NCBI GenBank assembly: GCA_977017645.1
Contig: OZ360223.1
Coordinates: 179,614,001-179,678,000, forward strand
Source of the DNA: Torpedo marmorata
Taxonomy: Eukaryota
Direction: 5' to 3'
DNA: 64,000 nucleotides
Of this stretch, positions 1 through 12,451 are shown piece after piece. The notes below the pieces were generated by a model. It was not told the origin of the DNA. It saw nothing but the letters and a program-made list of their open reading frames with translations, and ran no database searches. A program made the position numbers and the translations under genes. Within the stretch, counting starts at the first letter, position 1; every line of letters starts with the position of its first letter.

Positions 1-85
1 CGAAGGTTCAGAAGCCTGAAGTCCAGCACCTCTAGGTTAAAGAATATACTTTTCTTTCCAAATGCTTTGAGGCTCTTGACCCTCC
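1..85 (+). mobile_element. 3' end of a Rex1/Babar-like LINE ORF (cut by window edge)
   Basis: Reads RRFRSLKSSTSRLK..FFPNALRLL with a frame slip, resembling RRYRSIWARTSRLCISFFPQAIRLL of the copy at 8254-8481. Confidence 0.5.
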
Positions 86-174
86 CTGTACTACACTAAC
101 ACTAACCATAACCTTCTCTGGAACCACCAAAAGATCTGACTGCACTATTGAAATATTTTTTTTGCACTAACTAA

Positions 175-1270
175 AGGCTCAGACGCTAGGTATTCATGGG
201 GATTTGACATTGGCTACACGGGAGAAGCCAGAGAGTAGTGGTGGATGATTGCTTCTCAGACTGGAGGCCTGTGACTAGTGGTGTGCCTCAGGGATCGGTG
301 CTGGGACCATTGTTGTTTGTCATCTATATCAATGATCTGTGGTAAATTGGATCAACAAATCTGCAGATGACACAAAGATTGGAGGCTTTGTTGGCAGCGA
401 AGAAGGCTTTCAAAGATTGCAGAGGGATCTGGACCTGCTGGAAAAATGGGCTGAAAAATGGCAGATGGAATTTAATGCAGACAAGTGTGAGGTGTTGCAT
501 TTTGGAAGGACAAACCAAGAAAGGACATACACGGTAAATGGCAAGGCACTAGCAGTGCGGTAGAACAGAGGGATCTGGGAACACACAAACATAATTCCCT
601 GAAATTGGTGTCACAGGTGGATAGGGTTGTAAAGAGAGCTTTTGGCATATTGGCCTTCATAAATCAAAGTATTTAGTTGAGGAGTTGGGATGTTATGGTA
701 AAGTTGTATAAGACATTGGTGAGGCCAAATTTGGAGTATTGTGTGCAGTTTTGGTCACCTAACTACAGGGAATATATTAATAAGATAGAAAGAGTGCAGA
801 GAAGATTTACTAGGATGTTGCCTGGACTTCAGGAACTGAGTTACAGGGAAAGGTTAAACAGGTTAGGACTTTATTCCCTGGAGCATAGAAGAATGAGGAG
901 AGATTTGATTATTTAAAATTATGAGGGGTCTAGACAGAGTAAATGTAGGTAGGCTTTTTCCATTGAGGGTAGATGAGATACAAACTAGAGGACATGGGTT
1001 AAGCATTAAAGGGAAAAGGTTTAGGAGGAACTTCTTCACATGGAGAGTGGTGGGAGTGTGGAACGAGCTGCCAGCTGAAGTGGTGAATGCGGACTTAATT
1101 TTAACATTTAAGAAGAACTTGGACAGGTCCATGGATGGGAGGGGTATGGAGGGCTATTGTCGGGGTGCAGATCAATGGGACTAGGTAGAATAATATTTTG
1201 GCATGGACTAGAAGGGCCAAAGGGTCCTGTTTCTGTGCTGTAATGTTCTATGGCTATGGCTCTATGGCTA
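175..1270 (+). mobile_element. 5'-truncated, degraded CR1 LINE (RT C-terminal half, 3' UTR, tail)
   Basis: [41 protein letters not shown] and RGHGL motifs; (CTATGG)-like tail near 1248-1270. Confidence 0.93.
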
Positions 1271-4071
1271 ACTGCAACTGTGAATATTTATTTCTCTATC
1301 CTTTTATATTTATCATCCCTTTTGTTTTGTGGCATTTTGTGATAAGTTAATTTATACAATTGTAGTTGGTGTATCTTATGAACCTACATAAATACATGTG
1401 TACAATTATATATGCATGCATATACATATGAAACTAAACTCTCATTCATTCATTTGTGTTACAATCTTTAATTTTTAGGTAATAATGCTTAACTTTCATT
1501 CTTCTTCATCCGATTTTACAGTGTTCCTTATTGTCAGGGTTTAATCATATAAATTCTTAGCAAAGCATGAGGCCATTCCTCCCATCATGTTCATACCAGT
1601 TAAAAAGAGCCATTTAGGCTAATCCAATGCCCCACTTCCAGACCATACCTTATAGGTTACATGATGAATAGAGCAGTGATCCACAGCACTGCATCTGACT
1701 GTGATCAGGAAAGGAATTATGATTGAAAGAAAGAAATTAAATGTATGTTGAAGACAAGATAAGATTTTATTCAGAGCATAATATGTTCACTTTGCCTTTC
1801 ATTCTCAAGTTCAGGTCACTGTGGTTGGAAGGGCAATTAATTAATCAATCATTAAATTAATTATTTATATCTACAAAATCAATTGAAGCAGAAAACTAAT
1901 AATTATAACATCTTCAGTGGCGTGCAAACAAAAAAGATTCTCCCTTGAGGGACTCTGAAACCTTTAGTGAAAATTACATTTTCATCAATGTTCTTGAAAA
2001 ACCCAGTTTTCAGTGTTGCTTTGATAAACACTTACAGTGCAGGGCTCCACACACAGTCATGGTAAGTTAATTTAATGTAATATATAGTTTCATTAAATGT
2101 CAGATATAAATATATGGGACAAATATTTTTTATATTAAATTATTTTATCTCTACTTCAGTTTAAGACTAAACAGTAAGAGCTTCACTGAATGAACAATGG
2201 CTTCTGAATCAGAAAGCTCTCAAATCAGCTTTGACTGAGACTCTGGAGCACTCTCAAAGAAATGGCCATCATTTTCTGTTCTGCCAACTCAGTGACAAGC
2301 CAATAAAATATATTATTGTTGGGCTAGAAACTCTAATGCATTCATCTTAACATAGTTAAATACAAATGGGATTATTAATAATAATTGGAGGAAAGGTTTT
2401 ATTATGGATTCCTTTCGACTTTGCAAAAAAAAAAAATCAAAAATGATGCTACTGATTCAAAGCAGCCCATTTAAATTTAAACCCAAATTTAAACTTACTC
2501 CCTCGCACATGAATGTTTTTGCCTATTGTTTTATTTTATTTGATCCCTACATTGTTCTTCCTGTCTGAAGCCACAGTTTGTCCAGCGTTGAAGCCAAACT
2601 TGTTCAATCAAATCAATTAACCTCTGTGGTTCTAGCAATTAACTTCTATCCAGTGAAATATAAACTTTTCATAACAGCATAGAGTTATTGAGATAGATTT
2701 TATTTGCATCATAGGTATTCATTCAAGTTGTTAATAACCTTGCTGTGTGTGAATTGACTCTTAAAATTTCTTCCAGTCGTTGGATGTGAAGTTCTTTGAT
2801 AATCTAAGGATGTTAAGTCACTACATGTGCACACTATTTATCCTTCATTATTGAGAACTTGATTTAAGATCCTTTAAATCAGGAGTCCAACGTATCTAAC
2901 CTTACCTCAAATTATTAGGATCATTTTTTGTTTACCAGGCTGCTGGCTGAGTAACAAAATAGCACTTGTGTGAGCACACTCATGGTGCAGGTTACTACTT
3001 TGATGAGGACATTAGAGGGTGTGCAGTTTACCACACGTCAGAGGTATAGAGCTTGTGATGTCATTCATCATGTAGTACTCATTTGGTGTCAATGCTGCAT
3101 TTTTGGAGCTCAACCATCCAGCTACTCCACAAGCAGCAGTCATGATGCTTTCATTCTGTGTTCACCTGCTGGGCCATCTGCACTGAGCAACCTCAACAAG
3201 CCAAATGTCAGTTACTCATAACTAGACATAGCACCTGACAACCATTTGGCCCAGTGCACAATCCATGCAGGAGAAGCCAGCATTCACAGAACAAGGCAAT
3301 GCTGCGAAGTTCAATAATAATGATAAATACAACAAAGAAGAGCAATGACATGCGAAAGCAGCACTTCCACTGTCTGGGGTGCAATGGAAAAGCTTCACAA
3401 TACTCAGCAGACTGTGTTTCAACAGTCATGGTGCTCTGTTGCATGCTGTGCAACCTCACATCATGAAGGCACAATCCTGGACACCTGTCACGCAGCAAGG
3501 AACTGCGTAGGAGAAAAAGCAGTGACTTAAATAGCGCTTTTCTAGCGAGACTGTGTGTGAACCACTTATCAGTCACCAAGCCACAGTCGTACACCCAGGC
3601 CTACAGTGCATTAGTGGACATTAGTGGAGCTGCCCCCCGTCCATATTGGTACCTTCCACTCCTGGCATTGACTATCATCATTCTCTTGCCACACTTGTTT
3701 CTGAGTGTTTTTCTTGAAAGCAGCTTCGCTCCTCACAATTAGAGCAATGAAACGAAAACACTAACAAACTTATTAAAAGTTAAAATATATATTTTTATTA
3801 CCTCATATCCATTGTACTTTGATCCACATGTATATACTGTAAATCATTTTTTTGGACAAGATTCTTGTTAAGCAGAAATTGTTATTTGAAAGGTTGCTTA
3901 AAAGCCCACATCCATTAATTAAATAAAAGCATCATATTTTCAAGATTTTTACTGTGAGAATGGTTCATGTACACTTTGATATTCAGCAAAATAGGCCATC
4001 AGTTTATCTTCATGACTAAAGTGCCTACAGCAAAGGCATATTCCCTCAAACCTGCACTGAAGGGAGATCTA

Positions 4072-6647
4072 TTTTTTTAATTTTTTTTACACATTATACT
4101 CCTTTTAATTTTATTTATTGATTTTTAAAACAAATAAGGCCAAACAATACAGAGGCAATCAGTGCAAGAGTATACAATAAGTACAATGCAAGGATAATAA
4201 TAAAGAAAATTATAATTACAAATGTCATTAAATCCCCTCTCAGAAGTAATAATACAAGGAAAGAGCAATCAAGGAATGGCCACATAAAACTGACATACCC
4301 CCAAAACATAAAAGCAATGGAAAAAGAAAGGAAAAGAAAAAAAGAAAAAAAGGAATCTAAACTACAACTAACTAACAGAAAAGGGAGAAAATCTCAACCC
4401 TAATCCATGCGCGTCTGAAACTGGCGAAGATAAAGAAAAAAGAGAGAAAGAATGTTATAAAGCCCATATTACAATGTCGGAAAGAGGCTCATAAACGAAC
4501 CCCATATCCTCTGAAAGTTGAGATTCTTATCAAGATTAGAACAACAAATTTTTTCCATCGTCAAGCATGACATCACACTGTTGAGCCAGTGGCGATGTGA
4601 AGGGGGATCAATGTCTTTCCAGTGTAAAAGAATATTTTTCCTAGCAATGAGTGACGTAAATGCTATCACATGCAATTGTGACTTCATAGGTTTAGATTCA
4701 TTCACTTTATGAACCCCGAATAAACCCATAAACGGGTTAGGAGTTAAATTTACATCGAGAACACTGGACCATGTCTGAAAAATACTAGACCAGTAATTAT
4801 ATAACGAAGGACATGTCCAAAACATATGGTATAAGGTGCCTTCCTCGATTTTCTATCTATCACAAAGGGGGGAAAGATTTGGGTAAAACTTAGCTAATCA
4901 AGACTTAGAATAATGAGCTCGATGAACAGCTTTAAGCTGGATAAATGAATGGCGAGCACATAAAGAAGAAGAATTAATAGCTAGGAGCACCCGTTCCCAT
5001 ATGCGAACAGAAATCTCCTCTTGAAAATCTAGTTCCCACTGCTGTTTAACCTTTAATAATATATACTCCCTGTAACTAGAACGAGTCAATAACAAATAAA
5101 AAAGAGATAGGGGTTTCTTAGTATCAGACTTGACCTCGTAAATCTCTTGGATAATTTCCAAATTTAATGCTTGAGGGAGGCGCAATTTAAGCGAAATTAA
5201 GAAGTTCCTGACTTGAAGATATCGGAAAAAATGTTGAGCAGGTAAGTTAAATTTAGTAACTAATTGTTGAAATGTTGCAAGATTACCATCCACATATAAA
5301 TCCAGGAAAATCCTAATCCCAAGTGTTGACCAGCTGCGGAAACCGCCATCCATTGTTGATGGGAGAAAAAGAATTATACAAAATGGGACTATTCAATAGA
5401 AAACCATGCGCACCTACAGACTTCCTAAATTGAAACCAAATTCATAAAGTATGTTTAACAACCGAATTAGTCACAAATTTATAAACGGAGAAAGGCAGAT
5501 TGGCGCCCAAGACCGATATAAGTGAATGTTTTTTGGTCCAATACAAGAGTTCTGCTGAGCGAAAGCAGTAGGTTGCTGAACTGGAACTTGATTTATTTGC
5601 TGGCGGTCGACATGAGAGATTGGGTTGAGATTGATGTCTTGCTGATTTTAAGACCGCTCGCTGTGTTTGACCTCATTTTAGTTGTGATTTATTGGCTTCC
5701 GTGAGGTTCTTTTTTTTTAACACATGCTTGATTTTTCTTAATTCCCTTAGTTGGGATTACTGTTTTTGGGTTTAGTAGATAATTCCTTTAAGTAGTTAAA
5801 ATGTTGTTTTGGAGACTCTGTTTACGAGTTTCCCTCCTTTTAGCCATAAAATGTCTGTTTTTTTTGTTTTTTTTCTCTTCACATGGGTAAGAATCTACAT
5901 TACGTGATTTCTTGACTCTGTCATCTGAAGTCCGGGGGTGGGTTTTTTCTTTTATGACGTTGCAGCGCAAGTTCTGCACTTTTCCAGCAGACTTGGTTGG
6001 CAAGAGGGTGGTGGTTGGGGTTATGGAGGAATGTGTGCCTGCGCTGGCTTTGCCTAGCTTTTTGAGTTTATTAAAAAGCTGCCTGAATAATCTGTTCCTT
6101 GGTAGTTTTATGAGTTACTCCTCTCTTTTTTATCTACTCATTCCCTTTTTTTGGAATGGTTAGACAGCTTAAAATTTTGTCTTGGAATGTCTCTGGTTTG
6201 AATCACCCTGTGAAAAGAAGAAAGATCTTTACTCATGTTAAAAAATTCAAGCCTGAGATTTTATTTTTACAGGAAACTCATTTACGTGCCAAGGACACAA
6301 CTCGTTTATTGAAATCTTGGAGGAGTTTTCAGTTTCATTCTTCCAATCTGGTCAAGTCCAGAGGTGTCTCTATCTTAATAGATCACTCTTTGCCTTTTGT
6401 CAAGCATGATGTCATATCTGACCCCAGTGATAGATATGTTATCCTTACAGGTAAAATTTGTGAGAAGCTATTTGTTTTTGTTAATTTATATGCCCCAAAT
6501 TTTGACGACCCTCTTTTCTTTCAAAAACTGTTTTGTTTACTTCCAGATTTGAATTTGTATTCCTTGGTTTTAGATGGTGATTTTAACTGTTGGCTTGACC
6601 CGATATTGGATAGATCTTCTGTCAGACCTACGGTTATTAATAAGTCA
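4072..6647 (-). mobile_element. L1/Tx1-clade LINE with 5' inversion: ORF2 3' part on minus (about 4072-5525), spacer plus endonuclease on plus (about 5525-6647)
   Basis: 18-bp TSD GCACTGAAGGGAGATCTA at 4054-4071 and 6648-6665; poly-T at left end; L1 C-terminal peptides on minus; APE motifs on plus. Confidence 0.9.
6156..6647 (+). pseudogene. L1 ORF2 apurinic-like endonuclease N-terminus (truncated)
   Basis: SWNVSGL, FLQETH, VNLYAPN, GDFN motifs. Confidence 0.9.
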
Positions 6648-6764
6648 GCACTGAAGGGAGATCTAAATTAAATTTCTTTGAAAGGAGCTTAAACGAACAA
6701 TCTTTTGATTTTACAGCAAGATTACTACCAGATGAGTTTAGTTGCAACTTGAACCTTAAAATTG

Positions 6765-6920
6765 TAGAATCATAGAAATATATAATACAGAACCAGGCCA
6801 TTTGGTCCCTACATCAGCCGAAATGTTTTTTTTTGGTTAATCCCACATCCCTGCCTTCATTCTGTAGCCTTCAGATACTTAACATATGTGAAGATAGTTT
6901 CAACTTCCACCATCCCTTTA
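6765..6920 (-). mobile_element. old CR1-like 3' tail fragment
   Basis: TAGAATCATAGAA...CAGGCCATTTGG pattern matches the reverse complement of CR1 3' ends elsewhere in the window. Confidence 0.45.
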
Positions 6921-7589
6921 AGCAGGAGAAAGAACACAGAGAGTAACCTGACCCCTTGCAGTGCATTAATGGACCTCGAGTAAATCAAATCTCTGAAAAG
7001 AGCAGAGATTTAAGAGCTTCAGGATCAGCAACGAGATCTTGGCTAAGCTCTCACAATTTATGATTCTTTTATTTGAAGAGGTCATCAATGTCATAGTGAT
7101 CTGAAACATAGGCAAAATCTTTTAACTCCCATCAAAATGAATGAGAAAATTTCCACTATATTTTAATTTATGGATAGCTTAAGGGCACAGGAAAAATAAT
7201 ACTGATAGCAATTTTTCAGCTCAGTAGTTATAAAAGATTGCCTACCCAGCTAGAAAATGACCATTGATTTATAGCAATGGCCTCAGGCTCTCTCTTTCAG
7301 CATCTTATCTCTGTTTCACTATAAACAAGAAATAACCTACTGAAAAATGTTAATTATGCTGTAGAATTATTTTCTCTAATATCTATTCAGAATGATGCTG
7401 AGGCAGGGAAATGTGAAGCAAGGTGACTCTCCATATATATCAGCCATGTTGTGAGTTTGATTTACATCTTTAGAAAACATTTATTTGCAAATTAAACATA
7501 TGTAAAATAGTTTTTCTGAAAGTTCAAATCTTCGATTCTCTATTCTCAGGTGATTTTAATTTCTTGTGTAGTCTTGATAGGTGACTTGA

Positions 7590-7860
7590 TCAAAAATGAG
7601 AAGCTGGAGGAACTCAGCAGGTCAGGCAGCATCCATGATAGAAATGGTCAATCAGTGTTTCAGGTCAGGACCCTTTCTCAAGACTATATCAAAGGGAGGG
7701 GAAAAAAAGAAGGAGGGAGAAGCTAGGGAAGGGCCAATCGAAGATATGATATTGCACAGAAGGTGGGAGAGTGGAGAGATGGCTGCAGGGAGAGACCACT
7801 GGGAGGAGAGGAAGGTGAGAGAGAAAAGTAAGAACGGGTGTAGGTAAAGAAGAGATGAAC
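7590..7860 (-). mobile_element. degraded Penelope-like repeat end, similar to 14945-15180
   Basis: GCTGGAGGAACTCAGCAGGTCA matches about 14994-15014; reverse complement retains GGGTCCTGACCTGAAAC. Confidence 0.5.
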
Positions 7861-8100
7861 CAGTGGAGGTGGTGTTTAACTAAAATTTGTAGAAGACTTG
7901 TTTACATGTGATGGATGTCTCAGTAAAATCAAAAACAGCATCTCCAATAGAAGTTAAGATTGTACAGAATAACCACACCAGCCAGTACCGACAGATATGT
8001 TGCTTAGAAATGTCCCAAGAATTAGGGGAGGTGAGATTTAAGCCAATTAATCCTGACATTGCTAATAGTATGGAGAGTAAATGTTTCCAGGAATAGAGGA

Positions 8101-10225
8101 TTCAAGTCAAGTCAAGTCAACTTTATTTGGCGTTCATTACCATATACAGAGTAAGACGAGCTAGCGTTTCTCCAGGACCATGAGCAAATGTACATAAATA
8201 TCATAATACAAAAAAAAACAAAAAAACTATAACATGCTAATACACATATATATCTAAAAATTGAGGAGCCTGATGGCTTGGGGGAAAAAACTGATGCACA
8301 GTCTGGACGTACGAGCCCAAATGCTTCGGTACCTCCTTCCAGATGGCAAAAGGGAAAAAAGTTTACAAAAGGGGTGTGAGAAGTCCTTCACAATGTTATT
8401 AGCCTTCCTCATGCATCGTGTGTTGTAGATGTCCGTCATGGTGGGGAGAGAGACTCCAATAATTTTCTCCGCTGACCCCACTATACACTGCAGGGTCTTT
8501 CGGTCTGAGATGGTACAGTTTCAAAACCAAGCGGTGATGCAATTGTTCAGAATACTCTCAATACATCCCCTGTAAAATGTAGTAAGGATAGAGGGTGGAA
8601 GATGAACTTTCCTCAGCCTTCGCAGGAAGTAAAGGCGCTGCTGGGCTTTCTTGGCTATGGAACTGGTGTTGAGGGACCAGGTGAGATTCTCCGCCAAGTG
8701 CACTCCAAGAAACTTGGTACTCTTTACGACCTCAACCGTAGAGCCGTCCATGGTCAATGGAGAATGATCCCCCGGGCCCTCCTGAAGTCGACAACCAACT
8801 CTTTTGTTTTATTTACATTCAGATGCAGGTTGTTGGCTCCGCACCATTCCATTAGTGACTGCACCTCATCTCTGTATGCTGATTCATCGTTCTTGCTGAT
8901 AAGGCCCACCACGGTTGTATCATCAGCGAACTTGATGATGTGATTCGAGCTGTGTTTTGCTGCACAGTCATGAGTCAGCAGAGTGAACAGTAAAGGACTA
9001 AGCACACAGCCCTGGGGAGCCCCCGTCCTCAATATAATGACCTTATAAGTGCTGTTTCCGATCCGGACTGCCTGAGGTCTTCCTGTCAGGAAGTCTAGAA
9101 TCCAATTACATAGGGTGTTGTTTTGGCCCAGCCCGCTCAACTTCCCTATCAGGTACTGAGGTATGATCGCGTTGAATGCCGAGCTGAAATCAATAAACAG
9201 CATTCGAACATACACGTCCTTATTTTACAGGAGGGAGAGGGCTAGATGGAGGGTGGTAGTGATGGCATCATCTGTAGAGCGAACTGCAGGGAGTCCAGTG
9301 AGGGGGCAGCAGAAGCTTGATGTGCCCCATGACGAGCCTCTCGAAGCATTTCATGACAGTAGATGTGAGTGCGACAGGGCGGTAGTCATTGAGGCAGGAC
9401 ACCGTCGACTTCTTCGGCACAGGGACGATGGTAGCGGCTTTGAAGCACGTTGGAACCACGGCACTGCTCAGGGAGATGTTAAAGATGTCGGTGAGAACAT
9501 CTGCCAGCTGGGCCGCACATCCCCTGAGCACTCTGCCGGGAATGTTATCTGGACCAGCAACTTTCCGTGGGTTAACCTTGCCTAACACTCTCACATCGGC
9601 CACTGTAAAACACAGCACCTGATCATTTGGAGGAGGGGTGGTCTTCTTTACCGCTACATCATTTTTCGCCTCAAAACGCCCGTAGAAGTTGTTCAATGCA
9701 TCTGGGAGGGAGGCATCACCAGCACAGTCAGATGGTGTGGTCTTGTGGTTGGTGATATCTTGAATGCCCTTCCACATGCGTCGCGTGTCCTTGCTGTCTT
9801 GAAAGTGACTCTGAATTCGCTGGGCATGTGCACGCTTTGCCTCCCTGATGGCCTTAGACAGCTTGGCTCTTGCAATAGCTAGAGTTACCTTGTCACCTGC
9901 ACTGAAGGCAGAGTTTCGGCTCCTCAGCAGCACATGCACCTCTGCAGTCATCCATGGCTTCTGATTAGAGCGAGTAATGATGGTCTTGGGCACAGTGACT
10001 TTGTCAGTACACTTACTAAGGTAGCTAGTCACTGATGCCGTATACTCCTCCAGATTGATGCAGTCGCCATCGGTTGCTGCTTCCCTGAACATGTACCAAT
10101 CAGTACGCTCAAAGCAGTCCTGAAGTGCATGGATGGCACCTGCTGGCCAGGTTTTAACCTGCTTCAGAACTGGTCTGGAGCGTCTGGCGAGTGGTCTGTA
10201 TGCTGGGGTTAGCATTACAGACATT
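8101..10225 (-). mobile_element. 5'-truncated Rex1/Babar-like LINE with frameshifted RT
   Basis: ORFs 9268-10224, 8754-9215, 8521-8757, 8254-8481: [44 protein letters not shown]; (TTGAC)n tail at 8102-8120. Confidence 0.85.
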
Positions 10226-10574
10226 ATTCAGAAAGAACCTCTACAGATGGAGATTCATCAGTAGAGGCGAATAACATCTTCCCAGAGGATAAACCAGGTT
10301 AAATTGACAAGATTGCAACAGTTCTGGAAGCATTGCCAACTACAACGATATAGATGTACAGGCCATATTTGAAAGCTGTTGATTTGTCACATAGCTAAGA
10401 AATCTAATCATAAATTAATCTTTCTAATTTATATTAATTTCAGCTGTAAATTTATAATCAGCAATCAGGAAGAAAAATTCAAATTTAACTTACCTAATTA
10501 TGTAAATATCAATCTTTGAAATAATTCTTTGCTTTAAGAAATCTTTCAAAATCAGAAAGAAATCCAATCAAATA

Positions 10575-12451
10575 CCGTATATTACGGCGTATAAGTCGAC
10601 TAGCTGATAAGTCGACCCCCTTTTTTCAGCCTCATTTTAATGGTTTTATTGTATATCAGGCATATAAGTCGACCCCCAAAAATCGCGATGCCTGAGATGC
10701 TGGGCGTTGACCGGCGTATAAGTCGACCCCCAAAAATCGCGTTGCCTGAGATGCTGGGTGTTGACCGGCGTATAGGTCGACGCACAATGATCGCGCTGAT
10801 TGAGCTGCTGGGCGTTGACTGGAGGTGACTGTTATCATGGAGGGTCCATTGAAACGATGAAAGTATGAGGTGAGTTTTAAATTAAAAGTGATAGAAATGG
10901 CCAAGAAAACCAACAACTGTGCTGCTGCAAGAAAATTTGATATATATGAGAAGTTGGTAAGAGATTGGAGGAAGAAAGAAGAGACTTTAAGAAAAATACC
11001 AAAAAGGCAATATTCATTGGCCAGAGTTGGAAAATCATGTCGCAGCATGGGTACGTGAACAGAGGCAAGATTTCTACATAGTCACCCAAAATGAAATAAG
11101 AACATTTGCACTGAAGTGGGCAAAGTCGCACCCAGAACTCAGTAATGATTTTGAAGCTACAGTCGGCTGGTGCAACCGTTTCATGAACAGGAAAAATCTG
11201 GTATTACGACAAAAATAAAAATTGCTCAGAAACTATCAAAAGATCTTGATCATAAAGTTGTAAGTTTTCACCAGTTTATTTTACATAACCAGCAGAAACA
11301 CCAGTTTGCATTGGCAAATATTGGAAACATGGACGAAACCCCCATGAATTTCGACATGATAGGCAATAGAACAGTGGAATGGAAAGGTGTGAAAACTGTG
11401 CAAACCAGGAGTACAGGCCATGAAAGGACCAGGTTCACTGTGGTGTTATCGTGCATGGCCGACGGGACAAATTTAAGACCCATGGTAATCTTCAAACGCA
11501 AATTTAAACCTAAAATAAAATTCCCTGCGGGTATTTTTGTACATTTTCATGAAAAAGGATGGATGGATGAAAATGGTGTAAAACTATGGATAGACAATGT
11601 GTGGAACAGGCGGCCAGGCGGTTTCCGCAAGGAACGGAGTTTGTTGGTCTGGGATATGTTTCGTAGCCACTTAACTGAGAAGACTAAAAGTAGATTAGCA
11701 CAACATAATACTTACATGGCGGTTATCCCGGGTGGTTTGACGTCTATATTGCAACCTCTCGATGTCTGCTTGAACAAGCCATTCAAAGAACATGTGCGTG
11801 AAGAGTGGAATACGTGGATGTCGAGTGCAGAAAAATCATTTACAAAAGGCGGGGCAATGCTTGCTGCATCGCTTGATGTGCTGTGTGACTTCATGCTCAA
11901 GGCATGGGACAAAGTGAAAGTAGAGACTGTAATAAAATTGTTTAAAAAGTGCAGTATCTCTTGTGCAATTGATGGTACGTAAGATGATTTATTGTGGGAC
12001 ACTGACGACGAAGCTGAAGCCGCCTCATCAGATACAGACTGGGACCCGTATGATGACTGTTTAAACAGTGAGAACCCGGATGTGCTTGCCGAGATCTTTG
12101 CCTCAGACGATGATAGCGAAAGTGATTTTGAAGGGTTCTAAACATGTTGTTGTTTTCAATAAAAATGTCAATGAAAATTTGTTGCAGTCGGGTTCTTTTT
12201 TGATTTTTCAAGGGTCAACTTATATGCAGAATCGGGTTTTCAAGGGTCGACTTATACGCCGAATCGGGTTTTCAAGGGTCGACATACACTGAATCGGGTT
12301 TTCAAGGGTCGACTTATACGCCGAATCGGCATGGAGCGGTTTTTGAGCTGAATTTAAGGTCTCAAATGTATATCCGGCGTAAAAGTCGACCCCTGTTTTT
12401 TGAGAGATTTTTGAGGGTTTAAAGATTCGACTTATACGCCAAAATATATGG
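10575..12451 (+). mobile_element. pogo-superfamily DNA transposon, POGK-like, both ends present
   Basis: TIRs CCGTATATTACGGCGTATAAGTCGA / TCGACTTATACGCCAAAATATATGG; TA TSD at 10573-74 and 12452-53; subterminal TATAAGTCGAC repeats. Confidence 0.95.
10838..12141 (+). pseudogene. pogo transposase (Brinker-like DBD, CENP-B HTH, DDE_1, acidic tail) with frameshifts and stops
   Basis: FKLKVIEMAK..AAARKF, GWCNRFMNR, NMDETP, VWDMFRSH, LQPLDV spread over three frames. Confidence 0.92.

Noticed and set aside
2945-3745. Cluster of short ORFs in slightly GC-richer DNA
   Set aside because: No recognisable domain or termini; possibly an ancient repeat but unsupported
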